From: Candidatus Hydrogenedentota bacterium
GTDB lineage: Bacteria; Hydrogenedentota; Hydrogenedentia; Hydrogenedentales; JAEUWI01
NCBI GenBank assembly: GCA_034669905.1
Contig: JAXMOL010000001.1
Location: forward strand, 233,824-297,823
Reading direction: 5' to 3'
Length of the DNA: 64,000 nt
Shown here: positions 46,582 to 56,846 of the stretch, piece by piece
Layout of the letters: each line of letters begins with the position of its first letter
Position numbering within the stretch: the stretch's first letter is position 1
Program-made: the position numbers and the translations under genes
Notes under the pieces: model-generated
What the model was told of the DNA's origin: nothing
What the model saw: only the letters and a program-made list of their open reading frames with translations
Database searches by the model: none

Positions 46582-48018
46582 ATGTTGAAAGAGACTTACC
46601 CGTATTACCTCGCAAATAAACCCCAGCAGCCCAACGCGGACCTGGAGGTTTTCGACAAGTACACCGGTAAGGTTGCGACCCGCGTGGCCATGGCCGATGA
46701 AGCGGCTATCGATCTCGCCATCGCCAAGGCGGTGGAAGCCGACGGCCCCATGCGCCGCATGCCCTCTTACAAACGCCAGGAAGTGCTGGAGCACTGCGTG
46801 GCGCGGTTTAAAGAGCGCTTCGACGAGCTGGCCGAGTCCCTCTGCATCGAAGGCGGCAAGCCCATCAAAGACAGCCGGGGCGAGGTATCCCGTCTCATCG
46901 ACACCTTCAAGATTGCGGCCGAACTGTCGGTCGATATCGGTGGCGAAGTCCTTTCCATGGACCGAAGCGCCCGGGCCCACGGCTACAGCGGCATGACGAA
47001 GCGGGTACCCATTGGCCCCTGCTCCTTCATCTCGCCCTTCAACTTTCCGCTGAACCTGGCGGCCCACAAAGTGGCCCCGGCCCTGGCCGTGGGGTGTCCG
47101 TTCATCCTCAAGCCCGCGAGCCTGACACCCCTTGGCGCGATCATCATTGGCGAAATCCTCGCCGAGACCGATCTGCCCGAAGGTGCTTTCTCCATCCTGC
47201 CCTGTAAGCGCACCGGTGCCGCCCTCTTCACGGAAGACGAACGCCTCAAGTTCCTCAGTTTCACCGGCTCGCCCGACGTGGGTTGGCAGCTCAAGGCGAA
47301 CGCGGGTAAAAAGCCCGTCGTGCTCGAACTCGGTGGCAACGCCGCCTGTATCGTAGACGAAGACGCGGACCTCGACGACGCCGTGGCGCGCATGCTGATT
47401 GGTGCCTTCTACCAGTCGGGACAGAGCTGCATCGGCGTTCAGCGCATCATCGTACATGAATCGAAGTATGACGCCTTCAAAGAGAAGTTCGTGGCGGAAA
47501 CCAAGAAGCTGAAGGCCGGTGACCCCCGCGATGAAGACACCTTCATCGGGCCCATCATCTCCAAGGGCGAAGCGGATCGCATGGAAAGCTGGATTAAGTC
47601 GGCCGTCGACAAGGGCGCGACCCTTCTCTGCGGTGGTGGCCGTGACGGCAACATGCTCGAAGCCACCATCCTCGAAAACGTGGACGAGAACGAGCCCATG
47701 TACGCCGAGGAGTTCTTTGGACCCGCCTGCTTGCTCACCAAGTTCAGTGACTTCGACGAAGCGCTGGAGCAGGTGAACAACAGTAAATTCGGCCTCCAGG
47801 CGGGCATATTCACCCGCGACATCTACAAGATTAACAAGGCGTGGGACGTACTCGATGTAGGCGGCGTGGTCATTGGCGACGTCCCCTCCTGGCGCGTGGA
47901 TCACATGCCCTATGGTGGCGTGAAAGACAGCGGCCTCGGTCGCGAAGGCATTAAATACGCCATCGAAGACATGACCGAACTGCGACTGCTGGTCGTGCGC
48001 ACGCCCCCGAATGTGTAA
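46582..48018 (+). CDS. Aldehyde dehydrogenase (ALDH21-like; candidate succinate-semialdehyde dehydrogenase)
   Basis: PFNFP, FTGS, LELGGN, YQSGQSCIG (catalytic Cys), EEFFGP, MPYGGVKDSGLGREG. Confidence 0.9.
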   Translation: MLKETYPYYLANKPQQPNADLEVFDKYTGKVATRVAMADEAAIDLAIAKAVEADGPMRRMPSYKRQEVLEHCVARFKERFDELAESLCIEGGKPIKDSRGEVSRLIDTFKIAAELSVDIGGEVLSMDRSARAHGYSGMTKRVPIGPCSFISPFNFPLNLAAHKVAPALAVGCPFILKPASLTPLGAIIIGEILAETDLPEGAFSILPCKRTGAALFTEDERLKFLSFTGSPDVGWQLKANAGKKPVVLELGGNAACIVDEDADLDDAVARMLIGAFYQSGQSCIGVQRIIVHESKYDAFKEKFVAETKKLKAGDPRDEDTFIGPIISKGEADRMESWIKSAVDKGATLLCGGGRDGNMLEATILENVDENEPMYAEEFFGPACLLTKFSDFDEALEQVNNSKFGLQAGIFTRDIYKINKAWDVLDVGGVVIGDVPSWRVDHMPYGGVKDSGLGREGIKYAIEDMTELRLLVVRTPPNV

Positions 48019-48087
48019 GCAACGAGCATAGACTGATTACAGGGCCACCGTTGGCGAGACGGTGGCCCTTTCTGGTGGGGGAGTTGA

Positions 48088-48150
48088 GTGGACAATGTGG
48101 ACGTGGTGGACGGGAAACGCGCAAGGTCCACCTTGTCCACCAAGTCCACA
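48088..48150. repeat. Inverted pair of 9-bp-period GTGGAC/GTCCAC arrays
   Basis: GAC at 48091/48100/48109; GTC at 48126/48135/48144. Confidence 0.75.
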
Positions 48151-48215
48151 AGACGGCCCTTGCCACCTCGTCCACCCGCTTGCTTCCGCGGGGTCGCCCC
48201 TGCTTAAATGCCCCC

Positions 48216-49073
48216 ATGGCACCACCCCAGCCCCACGGCACCGCTACCATCGGCCTGATTCAATTCGCCGGTATCCCCGGTGAAAAGCCGCGAAACATCG
48301 ACACCGCCACCCGGCTCATTCGTGAGGGCGCGGCGGCGGGTGCCCAGGTCGTCATGACACCGGAAGTGGCCCTTAGCGGTTTCGTGGGCGGCGACGCGGA
48401 GCGGGCCATGGCGGAAGCGATTCCCGGGCCGAGCACGGACCACTTTGCCGCCCTCGCACGGGAGCTCGATTGCTACATCCTCGTCGGCCTTTCCGAACTG
48501 CGCGATGGGCACCTCTACAACGCCATGGTGACCATTGACCGGCAGGGAGAAGTGGTAGGCGTCATGCGCAAGGTCCACATCAACCGCCACGAAATTCCCG
48601 GCGGCTGGCGCAATGGCTCGGAGTTCCCCGTGTGGCGCTTCGAAACCGAGACAGGGGCCTTCACGGGGGGCATCATGATTTGTTACGACCGCGAGCACCC
48701 GGAAAGTGCGCGGCTGCTCATGCTCCAGGGCGCTGACGTTATTTTTAATCCACTGGCGTGTCCCTGCCCCACCGACGATATCCACCGCTGCCTGCTGCGT
48801 ACCCGGGCCTTTGAAAACGAAGTCTACCTCTGCATGGTGAACCACGCGGCTCCCCGGGAGAATGGGCACAGTATGGTGATAGACCCGGAAGGTACCATTG
48901 TCGAAGAGGCGGGCGAGGAAGAGACCGTGCTCGTGACGACCCTTGACCTGGATCGCCTCAAGGCCTACCGAGAGAATTCGATCTACGGCATGCACCACCG
49001 CCGGCCGGAGTTGTATGGGCCCCTATGCGACACGAAGGGTCGGATGCATCCCCCGGAGGCGAATCTGCCGTAG
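48216..49073 (+). CDS. Carbon-nitrogen hydrolase (nitrilase superfamily)
   Basis: E-K-C triad: TPEV, RKVH, ICYD; RAFEN; RRPELY. Confidence 0.9.
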   Translation: MAPPQPHGTATIGLIQFAGIPGEKPRNIDTATRLIREGAAAGAQVVMTPEVALSGFVGGDAERAMAEAIPGPSTDHFAALARELDCYILVGLSELRDGHLYNAMVTIDRQGEVVGVMRKVHINRHEIPGGWRNGSEFPVWRFETETGAFTGGIMICYDREHPESARLLMLQGADVIFNPLACPCPTDDIHRCLLRTRAFENEVYLCMVNHAAPRENGHSMVIDPEGTIVEEAGEEETVLVTTLDLDRLKAYRENSIYGMHHRRPELYGPLCDTKGRMHPPEANLP

Positions 49074-49196
49074 GAGCGACATGACCATGCCAGGAAATTG
49101 ACGGATTCCAAGACCACCTCGGAGTGCCACAGGCCCGAGAAGGTTAGCCCGTCAAGGGGCACAACAGGCCTACCCACCGCTTCCAACGCAATCTAC

Positions 49197-49343
49197 GGGT
49201 GCCACCCTCAAGCGTTGTGGCGAAGCCACAGAAGCTTGTGGGTGACGTTGAATAACCATAGCCCCTCAAGACATGGCCCTGCCTCAGAATAATCCGCACC
49301 CACAAAGGCGGTCGCGGAACTCCCGTCTTTGAGGGTGGCACCC
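49197..49343. mobile_element. 147-bp MITE/REPIN-like element
   Basis: Perfect 15-bp terminal inverted repeats gggtgccaccctcaa / ttgagggtggcaccc; non-coding interior. Confidence 0.55.
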
Positions 49344-49443
49344 CAACGTCATCAACGCAAACCACGGGTGCCACGGGCAGGCCCGCAGGGATTTGCCCGT
49401 GCATTCGACTCCCCACTGTCAACTATCAACTATCCACCGTCAA

Positions 49444-49833
49444 CTACTCCCCCTCCTTCTCCTCCAGCAAGCCTTTCAACCCCTCAAAGGCGTTGTGCCC
49501 CAAGGTGACTTCGGTCGTGCCGAGGCCCGTGTTGCCGGTGCTCTCCCGCTCCACGGCGTCCTGGTGTTCATCGTCGTGGCAGTAGAGACACAACAGCTCC
49601 CAGTTACTGCCGTCGGGCGGGTTGTTGTCGTGGTTATGGTCTTTGTGGTGGACCGTGAGCTCCCGCATGGCGGCGCCTTCGAATTCCTTGCCGCAGCGGG
49701 CGCAGACGTGGGGAAAGAGGGCAAGGGCCTTTTCGCGGTAGCCCTTGCTCCGGTTTTCCTGGTAACCCCGGGCGCGGGCGGCAATGGCGGCGAGCTTTTC
49801 AGGGTCTATTTTAGTTTTCTTGCGGCGTATCAT
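49444..49833 (-). CDS. yajD: YajD family HNH nuclease
   Basis: YREKAL..FPHVCARCGKEF...LTVHHKDHNHDNNPPDGSNWELLCLYCHDDEH. Confidence 0.93.
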   Translation of the reverse strand: MIRRKKTKIDPEKLAAIAARARGYQENRSKGYREKALALFPHVCARCGKEFEGAAMRELTVHHKDHNHDNNPPDGSNWELLCLYCHDDEHQDAVERESTGNTGLGTTEVTLGHNAFEGLKGLLEEKEGE

Positions 49834-49904
49834 CGGGCCTCTCCGGGAATGTGTTGCGTCTGGCATTATGGTAGCAAGTTTGGTGGCACGCTACCAAGCG
49901 TTGA

Positions 49905-50382
49905 AAGGTCCAAAAGGACGGAAAGGACTTAAAGGACATTGGGCGCCAATACAACGGGAAGTTCTCGCAAAAGAGTCTCTTTTGAATTCCACGAACTAAG
50001 TCCGCGTAGCGGACAACGGCTTGAAGCCTGGGGTGGAGCGCAGCGGAACCCCAGGACCCAACGTCGAAAACAGTACAAGCCCGCGTAGCGGGCGATGGCC
50101 GGAACGCCGATGAATCCCTCACCAAACATGAAATCCTCACCACTATCCGCCACCCGCTCCGCGGGTTCGTAAATTTACCGCCATGAAACCTGGGGTTCAC
50201 TCGTACCTCGCTTCACCCCAGGCTATACGCCTCAACCCGCTTCGCGGGCTAAGTGCAACGAATTGCCGCGTTACCCCGTCTCGCCCGAAACTCAAGTTAC
50301 TGCCGCAAATCGACCTCTCCCCTTTTCCCTCAGCTCGAACCGTGCGCCGTCCTTTTCGTCCTTTGAGTCCTCTAGGTCCTTT
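49905..50382. repeat. Composite repeat: 9-bp GAC/GTC arrays flanking an inverted REPIN-like element
   Basis: GAC at 49917/49926/49935; GTC at 50349/50358/50367/50376. Inner agcctggggtggagcgcagcggaaccccagg, agcccgcgtagcgggc and their inverted counterparts lie at about 49997-50250. Confidence 0.72.
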
Positions 50383-50475
50383 GCTTCCCCGTGCCCCTTC
50401 CCACCATGCGTTTTTCGGCGCCAGATGCTACACTGTTCTTTCCCTAACATCTCTTCTAACAGGAGCCCCATCACG

Positions 50476-52116
50476 ATGAATCGATTCTATGCCTGGGCCC
50501 TTTGTGGCCTGCTCTCCCTCGGTCTTTCCCCCTTCGCAGGCGCCGAAACCATCACCGCCGATGTGGTCGTCTATGGCGGCACCTCTTCCGCCGTGATGAC
50601 GGCCGTGCAGGTGGCGCGCCTCGACAAGACGGTGGTGATCGTTTCACCGGACAAACACCTGGGCGGACTCACAGCCGGTGGACTGGGGTGGACCGATGCG
50701 GGCAACATGAATGCGGTGGGCGGTCTTGCCCTCGAGTTTTACCGCCGCATCCACGATCACTACGAACAGGACAGTGCCTGGCGCCAACAGACCCGGGAAG
50801 AATTCCGCGCCCCCGGCTCGCGTTCGGCCAAGATGTATGGCAAGGGCAACGCCGTCTGGTCCTTCGAGCCCCACGTGGCGGAACAGACCTTCGAAGGCTA
50901 CATCGCGGAACTCAAGTTCCCAGTGCACCGCGAAGCCCTGCTCAATCGCGAGACCGGTGTGGAAGTCAAGGAAGGGAAGATTCAGTCTATCACCACCCTG
51001 GAGGGCGACACCTTTGTGGGCAAGATTTTCGTCGATGCCACCTATGAGGGCGACCTCCTCGCCGCAGCGGGCGTTTCCTATCACGTGGGTCGGGAAGCCA
51101 ACGCGGTCTATGGCGAAGAATGGAATGGGGTGCAGGTGGGCATCCTCCACCACGGCCACCACTTCAAAACGGATATCAGCCCCTATGTCGTTCCCGGTGA
51201 TCCCGAGAGCGGCTTGCTCTATGGTGTGAGTGACGCGGACCCCGGTGTGCGCGGCGAAGCCGACCAACGCATCCAGGCCTATTGCTTTCGCATGTGTCTG
51301 ACCAACGCGCCGGAAAACCGGGTGCCTTTCGCCAAACCGGAAGGCTATGACCCCGCGAAATACGAATTGCTCGCCCGCGTCCTGGCTTCGGGTTGGAATG
51401 AAGTTTTCCAGAAGTTCGACCCCGCGCCGAACCGCAAGACCGACACGAACAACCACGGCCCCTTCAGCACGGACTTTATCGGCATGAACTACGACTACCC
51501 GGAGGGCAGCTACGAACGGCGCCGTGAAATCATCGCCGAGCATGAGCAGTATCAAAAGGGCCTCATGTATTTCCTCGCCAATGACCCGAAGGTACCCGAA
51601 GCAATCCGCACCGAGATGTCCACCTGGGGTCTCGCGAAGGACGAGTTCACCGACAATGGCAACTGGCCCCACCAGCTCTATATTCGGGAAGCCCGGCGCA
51701 TGATTGGGGCCTATGTGATGACGGAGCACGATGTGTTGAATAAGCGGAAGGTGCCCAAACCCGTGGGCATGGGTTCCTACACGATGGATTCTCACAATGT
51801 GCAGCGCTACATCAAGCCCGATGGCTTCGTGCAAAACGAAGGGGACATCGGCGTGAAAACGCCCACCTATCAAATCAGCTACGACGCCCTCACGCCGAAG
51901 AAGGACGAATGCGAAAACCTGCTGGTTCCCGTGTGCGCCTCGACCTCCCACATTGCCTATGGCTCGATTCGCATGGAGCCCGTGTTTATGATTCTGGGAC
52001 AGAGCGCGGGCGCCGCGGCGGTGCAGGCGATTGACGCCGAATGCGCCGTGCAGGAGGTGGACTATGGGGTGTTGAAAAGGACCCTGGAAGCCGCCGACCA
52101 GCGCCTGGCGCTATAG
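50476..52116 (+). CDS. Secreted FAD-dependent oxidoreductase
   Basis: Signal peptide; DVVVYGGT, DATYEGDL, QAYCFRMC, YIREARR, SHIAYGSIRMEP. Confidence 0.88.
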   Translation: MNRFYAWALCGLLSLGLSPFAGAETITADVVVYGGTSSAVMTAVQVARLDKTVVIVSPDKHLGGLTAGGLGWTDAGNMNAVGGLALEFYRRIHDHYEQDSAWRQQTREEFRAPGSRSAKMYGKGNAVWSFEPHVAEQTFEGYIAELKFPVHREALLNRETGVEVKEGKIQSITTLEGDTFVGKIFVDATYEGDLLAAAGVSYHVGREANAVYGEEWNGVQVGILHHGHHFKTDISPYVVPGDPESGLLYGVSDADPGVRGEADQRIQAYCFRMCLTNAPENRVPFAKPEGYDPAKYELLARVLASGWNEVFQKFDPAPNRKTDTNNHGPFSTDFIGMNYDYPEGSYERRREIIAEHEQYQKGLMYFLANDPKVPEAIRTEMSTWGLAKDEFTDNGNWPHQLYIREARRMIGAYVMTEHDVLNKRKVPKPVGMGSYTMDSHNVQRYIKPDGFVQNEGDIGVKTPTYQISYDALTPKKDECENLLVPVCASTSHIAYGSIRMEPVFMILGQSAGAAAVQAIDAECAVQEVDYGVLKRTLEAADQRLAL

Positions 52117-52216
52117 GGAAAAGGACCTAAAGGACGGAAACGACCTAAAGGACCGTTTCCTCTCGTTCCCAGGCTCCGCCTGGGAATGCAGTCCCCGGAG
52201 CTCTGCTCCGAGACAC

Positions 52217-52472
52217 GTCATCCCCGCGAAGGCGGGGATCCAGCAACGTGAATACAGACCGCTATGGAACCCACTGGATTCCCGCCTCCGCGGGAATGAC
52301 GTTCCGGGTCATTGCAGTCCCCGAGCGCTGCTCCGAAAGATCGTACGACGCAGACTCATCCTTGGAACCAGAAACTTAACAGACAGTCGTCATCCCCGCG
52401 AAGGCGGGGATCCAGCAACGTGAATACAGACCGCTATGGAACCCACTGGATTCCCACCTGCGCGGGGATGGC
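52217..52472. repeat. Two direct copies of an 84-bp REP doublet
   Basis: gtcatccccgcgaaggcggggatccag...ctggattcccgcctccgcgggaatgac at 52217-52300; near-identical copy at 52389-52472. Confidence 0.85.
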
Positions 52473-52534
52473 CTTTTCTCTCGCTCCCAGGCGGATCCCG
52501 GGAACGAAAAATTAATACACAGACTGGAGAAAAC

Positions 52535-54328
52535 GTGAACTACCTCAAGGCAATCACCACAGGCCTGTTGGCCCTGACCTGCACCCTGGCCCCGGCGCAA
52601 CGCCCCGAACTGGCCGACGACCTTCCCCTCATCGACGGCGACTGGTCCAATGATTCCGACAAATTCAGCTTTGTCATCCTTGGCGATAAGACCAGCGGTG
52701 GCGAAGGCAAGTGGCCCATCTATGACCGGGCCGTGGACTCCATCAATCTGCTGAATCCCGACTTCGTCATCAGCGTGGGCGATATGATTCCGGGCCACAT
52801 GGATACACGCGGCCCCTGGGATGCCGAGTGGGCCGAGTATATGGACCACGCGAAACGTATCGAGGCCCCTCTCTTTTTCACGGTGGGCAACCACGATATC
52901 TCCAACCTGGAAACCTATCGGTGGTGGCAGGAAGACTTCGGCCGCACCTATTATTCCTTCGACTATAAGGGCTGCCACTTCCTCAGCTTCAACACCGAAG
53001 AAGAACGCATCGACGGCCGGGGGCCCGCCTGGCAGAAGATGATGGACTGGATGCGCAAGGACCTCGCCGCCGCCAAGGACGCGCGCCATACCTTTGTGTT
53101 TTTCCACAAGCCCATGTGGGACGACCCCCGCTTTGAAGACGACTGGGCCGAGCTGGAGGTAGCACTGTCCGACCGGGCTTTCACGGTGGTGGCAGGTCAT
53201 GAGCATTACCACAGCACGGAGTTCCGGGGCGACGACACCTATGTCATTCAAAGCGCCACGGGCGGCGGCATCGATTTAAGCGCCGTCAAAAAGTGGGGCG
53301 CCTTCCACAGCTTCGGTTTCGTCACCGTGGATGGCAATGAAACCCGTTACGCCGTGGTAGAACCCGAGGGCGGCATCTGGCCCGTCGATGTGGCCCCCGC
53401 CGCGTTCCGCAAAGCCATCACCCATAAGCTGGTAAAGACGGACACCCTCGCTGGTGTGGAATTCACGGTGGAGGACGTCAAGCTCCAGACGCGCTTCACC
53501 CTGAACAACGTTTTGGATAAGGAAGTCACCATTCGCGTGGTGTTGGAAGAATTTCAGCGCTCCGGATGGGTCGTGCCCCTCCGGGTCAATGGCGACTGGA
53601 AAATCGACGAGGACGCGCTGGTTATTGAAGCCACCCTTCCCGCCGGTGCGACGAAGGAGATTCCCCTTTCCCTCTCCGTGCCCCGCGCCCGTCTTGCCTA
53701 TCCGCCCAACGTGGGCTGGTCGGTCCAGTATGATGGCCACTGGCTCAACAAAGAGGGCATGCGCATGGTCGAAATCACGACCGTGCCGATTCATCCGGTA
53801 GCCAGCTACCGTGCCCCGGAAACCGTCCAGCTCGTCGGCCCCTTCACGCTAGGTCCCATCGACACGAGCCACCTGCCCGAAGCGCCGGAAAAAGCCAACG
53901 CCAACTTTTATCGCACCTTTGGTCCGGAGGGTGGCTTTGAAGCCGACGCGACTTACGCCGATGGACTCATCTGGCAGACGGTACAGCCCCAGGGCTTTGG
54001 CCTGGTGAATGGAAACTCCCTCATGGGCACCCTCGACCACGTGGCGGCCTATGTGGCGTGTGCCGTGTATTCGCCGAAGGCCCAGGTCACCCATGCCGTG
54101 GTGGGCGCGGATAATTTTTCCCAGACCTATGTGAACGGTGCGCTGGTGGAAAACGGACAGGCCTTTGGCGGCCATGGTGATTTCGTCTACCCGGAGTTGG
54201 CGCTGAAAGCGGGGTGGAACCAGGTGGTGGTAAAGCTTATCAACAACCGCGCCGATTGGTTTCTGCGCTTTGTGATTGCCGACCCGCAGGGGAACCTCAG
54301 AATTGAGGACAAGGTGCCTGGATCGTGA
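52535..54328 (+). CDS. Secreted calcineurin-like metallophosphoesterase with C-terminal beta domains
   Basis: LGD, VGD, GNHD, FHKP, AGHEH motifs; GTG start after GGAGA. Confidence 0.88.
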   Translation: MNYLKAITTGLLALTCTLAPAQRPELADDLPLIDGDWSNDSDKFSFVILGDKTSGGEGKWPIYDRAVDSINLLNPDFVISVGDMIPGHMDTRGPWDAEWAEYMDHAKRIEAPLFFTVGNHDISNLETYRWWQEDFGRTYYSFDYKGCHFLSFNTEEERIDGRGPAWQKMMDWMRKDLAAAKDARHTFVFFHKPMWDDPRFEDDWAELEVALSDRAFTVVAGHEHYHSTEFRGDDTYVIQSATGGGIDLSAVKKWGAFHSFGFVTVDGNETRYAVVEPEGGIWPVDVAPAAFRKAITHKLVKTDTLAGVEFTVEDVKLQTRFTLNNVLDKEVTIRVVLEEFQRSGWVVPLRVNGDWKIDEDALVIEATLPAGATKEIPLSLSVPRARLAYPPNVGWSVQYDGHWLNKEGMRMVEITTVPIHPVASYRAPETVQLVGPFTLGPIDTSHLPEAPEKANANFYRTFGPEGGFEADATYADGLIWQTVQPQGFGLVNGNSLMGTLDHVAAYVACAVYSPKAQVTHAVVGADNFSQTYVNGALVENGQAFGGHGDFVYPELALKAGWNQVVVKLINNRADWFLRFVIADPQGNLRIEDKVPGS

Positions 54329-54760
54329 GTCATAAAGGATAGCGGGCAGCCGTTGGCCGCAGCCCAAAACTTTCAACCACGAATGAACACTAATTTACAC
54401 GAATGATAGGTTTGGCACCAAAGCCCCTCTTAGCCCGGAACGGGCGACCTATCGTAGCCCCGTGGCGAGCGAAGCGAGTCCTGGGTAAGATGTGGTCTAT
54501 CTATGAATAAGTTCCAGCGGGGCGGCATAGAAGCGGTATGCAAGACGCCCACCGGTGTTCCAGCACGGCAAGATGGGTATAAAGGACCTAAACGACAACC
54601 TGTTGCGGGCCTATCTCAAATAGCCCAGTTTCAACTTGTTCTTTGGGTCCTTTTAGTCCTTTAGGTCCTTTTTCCCTCGGTAACAGCGTATGCATAACGG
54701 GGTATTATGAAGAGGATGGCCCGTCGGGTCGCCCGTCAATCTTAACCCCAGGCATAGAAC

Positions 54761-55837
54761 ATGAACCTCGAAGACTACGGCTGGAGCGCCGCTCGAAATA
54801 CTGAACTCGCGGCACTCACACTGCCCGATGCGGTCCCCGGACGCATCCTCCGTGAATACCGCCATCGCTATGCGGTATTCACCACCGCGGGCATTCTCGA
54901 CGCGGAGGTCACGGGCACCTTTCGTCACGAACATCCGCGTCAGGAAGACTTTCCCGCCGTGGGCGATTGGGTCGCGCTGGTTCCCGTGCCCGGTGAAGAA
55001 AAAGGGCGCATACACGCCGTGCTGCCCCGCAAGACGGCCTTCACCCGACCGGACCCGGGGCGAACCTCGGAAATGCAGGTCATGGCCGCCAATGTGGACA
55101 CCGTCTTCCTGGTGAGCGGCCTCGATGGCGACTTCAACCTCCGCCGTATCGAGCGCTATCTCACCATGGCCTACGACAGCGGAGCGAATCCTGTCATCGT
55201 GCTCAACAAGTGCGACCTGGAAGACGACCTGCCCGCGCGCATTACCGAAGTGGAAGGCGTGGCCTATGGCGTGCCCATCCACGGGGTAAGTTCCGTGTCC
55301 GGTGTGGGGTTGGAACGCATCAAGGGCTACGCCCTGCCCGGCAAAACCCTGGTCTGCCTCGGCTCTTCCGGGGCGGGCAAATCCTCCCTCGTAAACGCCC
55401 TCCTGGGAAACATGGTGATGGAAATCGGCGAGGTCCGAGAAGACGACAGCCGGGGACGGCACACGACGACCCATCGGGAGCTCTTTCCCCTGCCCGATGG
55501 CGGACTCATTATCGACACGCCGGGCATCCGCGAGTTACAGGTATCGGGAAGCGGCGAAAACCTGCAGGCCGCCTTTGAAGATGTGGAGGCCCTTCTGGGG
55601 AACTGTCGTTTTCGAGACTGCACCCATTCGGGCGAGGCCGGCTGCGCGGTGGAGGCAGCGTTAGAATCCGGCGCGCTGGATGCCAAGCGCTTCGACGCCT
55701 ACCAACGCCTCCAGCGAGAGATGGCCTACACCGAGCGGCGCCAGAGTGAAAACTACGCCTACGAAGAACGCAAGCGGGGAAAAGAATTTGGCAAGATGTA
55801 TAAGCGGATACTGAGCGAGAAAAAGAATCGGCGGTAG
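54761..55837 (+). CDS. rsgA: Ribosome small subunit-dependent GTPase A
   Basis: NKCD, GSSGAGKSSL, GRHTTT, DTPG, CRFRDCTH..E.GC zinc motif. Confidence 0.95.
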   Translation: MNLEDYGWSAARNTELAALTLPDAVPGRILREYRHRYAVFTTAGILDAEVTGTFRHEHPRQEDFPAVGDWVALVPVPGEEKGRIHAVLPRKTAFTRPDPGRTSEMQVMAANVDTVFLVSGLDGDFNLRRIERYLTMAYDSGANPVIVLNKCDLEDDLPARITEVEGVAYGVPIHGVSSVSGVGLERIKGYALPGKTLVCLGSSGAGKSSLVNALLGNMVMEIGEVREDDSRGRHTTTHRELFPLPDGGLIIDTPGIRELQVSGSGENLQAAFEDVEALLGNCRFRDCTHSGEAGCAVEAALESGALDAKRFDAYQRLQREMAYTERRQSENYAYEERKRGKEFGKMYKRILSEKKNRR

Positions 55838-55850
55838 GGGTTACTTTAGA

Positions 55851-55935
55851 GACCGCAGGGACTACGGCGACCCACAAGTTGGCGTTGTGCTCTCCAAGAA
55901 CCTTACTTTTCCGTCACTGTCGTCCCTGCGGTCCC
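55851..55935. repeat. Inverted pair of 9-bp-period GAC/GTC arrays
   Basis: GAC at 55851/55860/55869; GTC at 55913/55922/55931. Confidence 0.7.
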
Positions 55936-56846
55936 TAACCCACGAGGTCGGCCATGGCCTCTTCCACGTCTGGAAAACAAAACCCATACCCCGAATCCAT
56001 TAAGCGCCTGGGCACGACCCAGCGACTCTTCAGAATCAACTCCGTCTCGGTACGAATCATCACCGCCCCAAGCTCCAGCAGCCATGCCGGGGTGGGTAGC
56101 CCCACGGGCATCCCGCAGGCGCGGCGCAGGGCCGCCATGAACGCCGCGTTGGGCACCGGGTTCGGAGCAGACACGTTGATGACACCGCTCAGTTCTTCGT
56201 GGGCCATCACATGTTCCACGATGCCGACGAAATCCGCTTCGTGAAGCCAACTGAAATATTGGCGACCGTTGCCCTGTTTGCCGCCGAGCCCCAGGCGCGT
56301 CAGCATCCGCAACGGCACCAAGGCACCACCGTCACGACCCAGGACAATGGCCGTCCGCAGGGCCACCCGCCGAACCGTATCGGGGACGGGGGCGTCGAAG
56401 AAACGCTGCTCCCAACGCTGGCATACGTCGACCGAAAAGCCTTCACCAATCTCTCCTGTCACCTCGTCCATGGGACGATCCTCCGCGTGGCGGTAGATGG
56501 TGGCCGAGGCGGCATTGAGCCAGAGGGATGGCGGCCTTTCGCAGGCCACGATGGCCTTCCCCAGTATTTCGGTGGACTCCAGGCGGGAGGCGTAGATGGC
56601 CGCCTTGTTCGCCTCATTGTAGCGGCAATCCACCGACTTGCCACTGAGATTTATCAGCACATCGGCGCCATCCAGATGGGTCGTCCACGCCCCCACGGTA
56701 GCGCCATCCCAGCCCACCGATTGCCCATCGCCTCCGTCTCGTTCGGGACTTCGGGTCAGATTGACGACGTCGTGGCCTCTTTCGACAAAATGTTTCCGGA
56801 GCACGCACCCCAGAAAACCACTCCCGCCTGCGATGACGATTTTCAT
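55935..56846 (-). CDS. TIGR01777/YfcH-type NAD-dependent epimerase family protein
   Basis: MKIVIAGGSGFLG, GFSVDVCQRWE, GLGGKQGNGRQYFSWLH. Confidence 0.9.
   Translation of the reverse strand: MKIVIAGGSGFLGCVLRKHFVERGHDVVNLTRSPERDGGDGQSVGWDGATVGAWTTHLDGADVLINLSGKSVDCRYNEANKAAIYASRLESTEILGKAIVACERPPSLWLNAASATIYRHAEDRPMDEVTGEIGEGFSVDVCQRWEQRFFDAPVPDTVRRVALRTAIVLGRDGGALVPLRMLTRLGLGGKQGNGRQYFSWLHEADFVGIVEHVMAHEELSGVINVSAPNPVPNAAFMAALRRACGMPVGLPTPAWLLELGAVMIRTETELILKSRWVVPRRLMDSGYGFCFPDVEEAMADLVG

Noticed and set aside
49444..49833. HNH protein as a defence or mobile nuclease
   Set aside because: Matches the conserved stand-alone YajD family; no defence-system partners adjacent.
52217..52472. Possible CRISPR array
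   Set aside because: Only two long palindromic units with identical interiors, no unique spacers and no cas genes; these are REP doublets.
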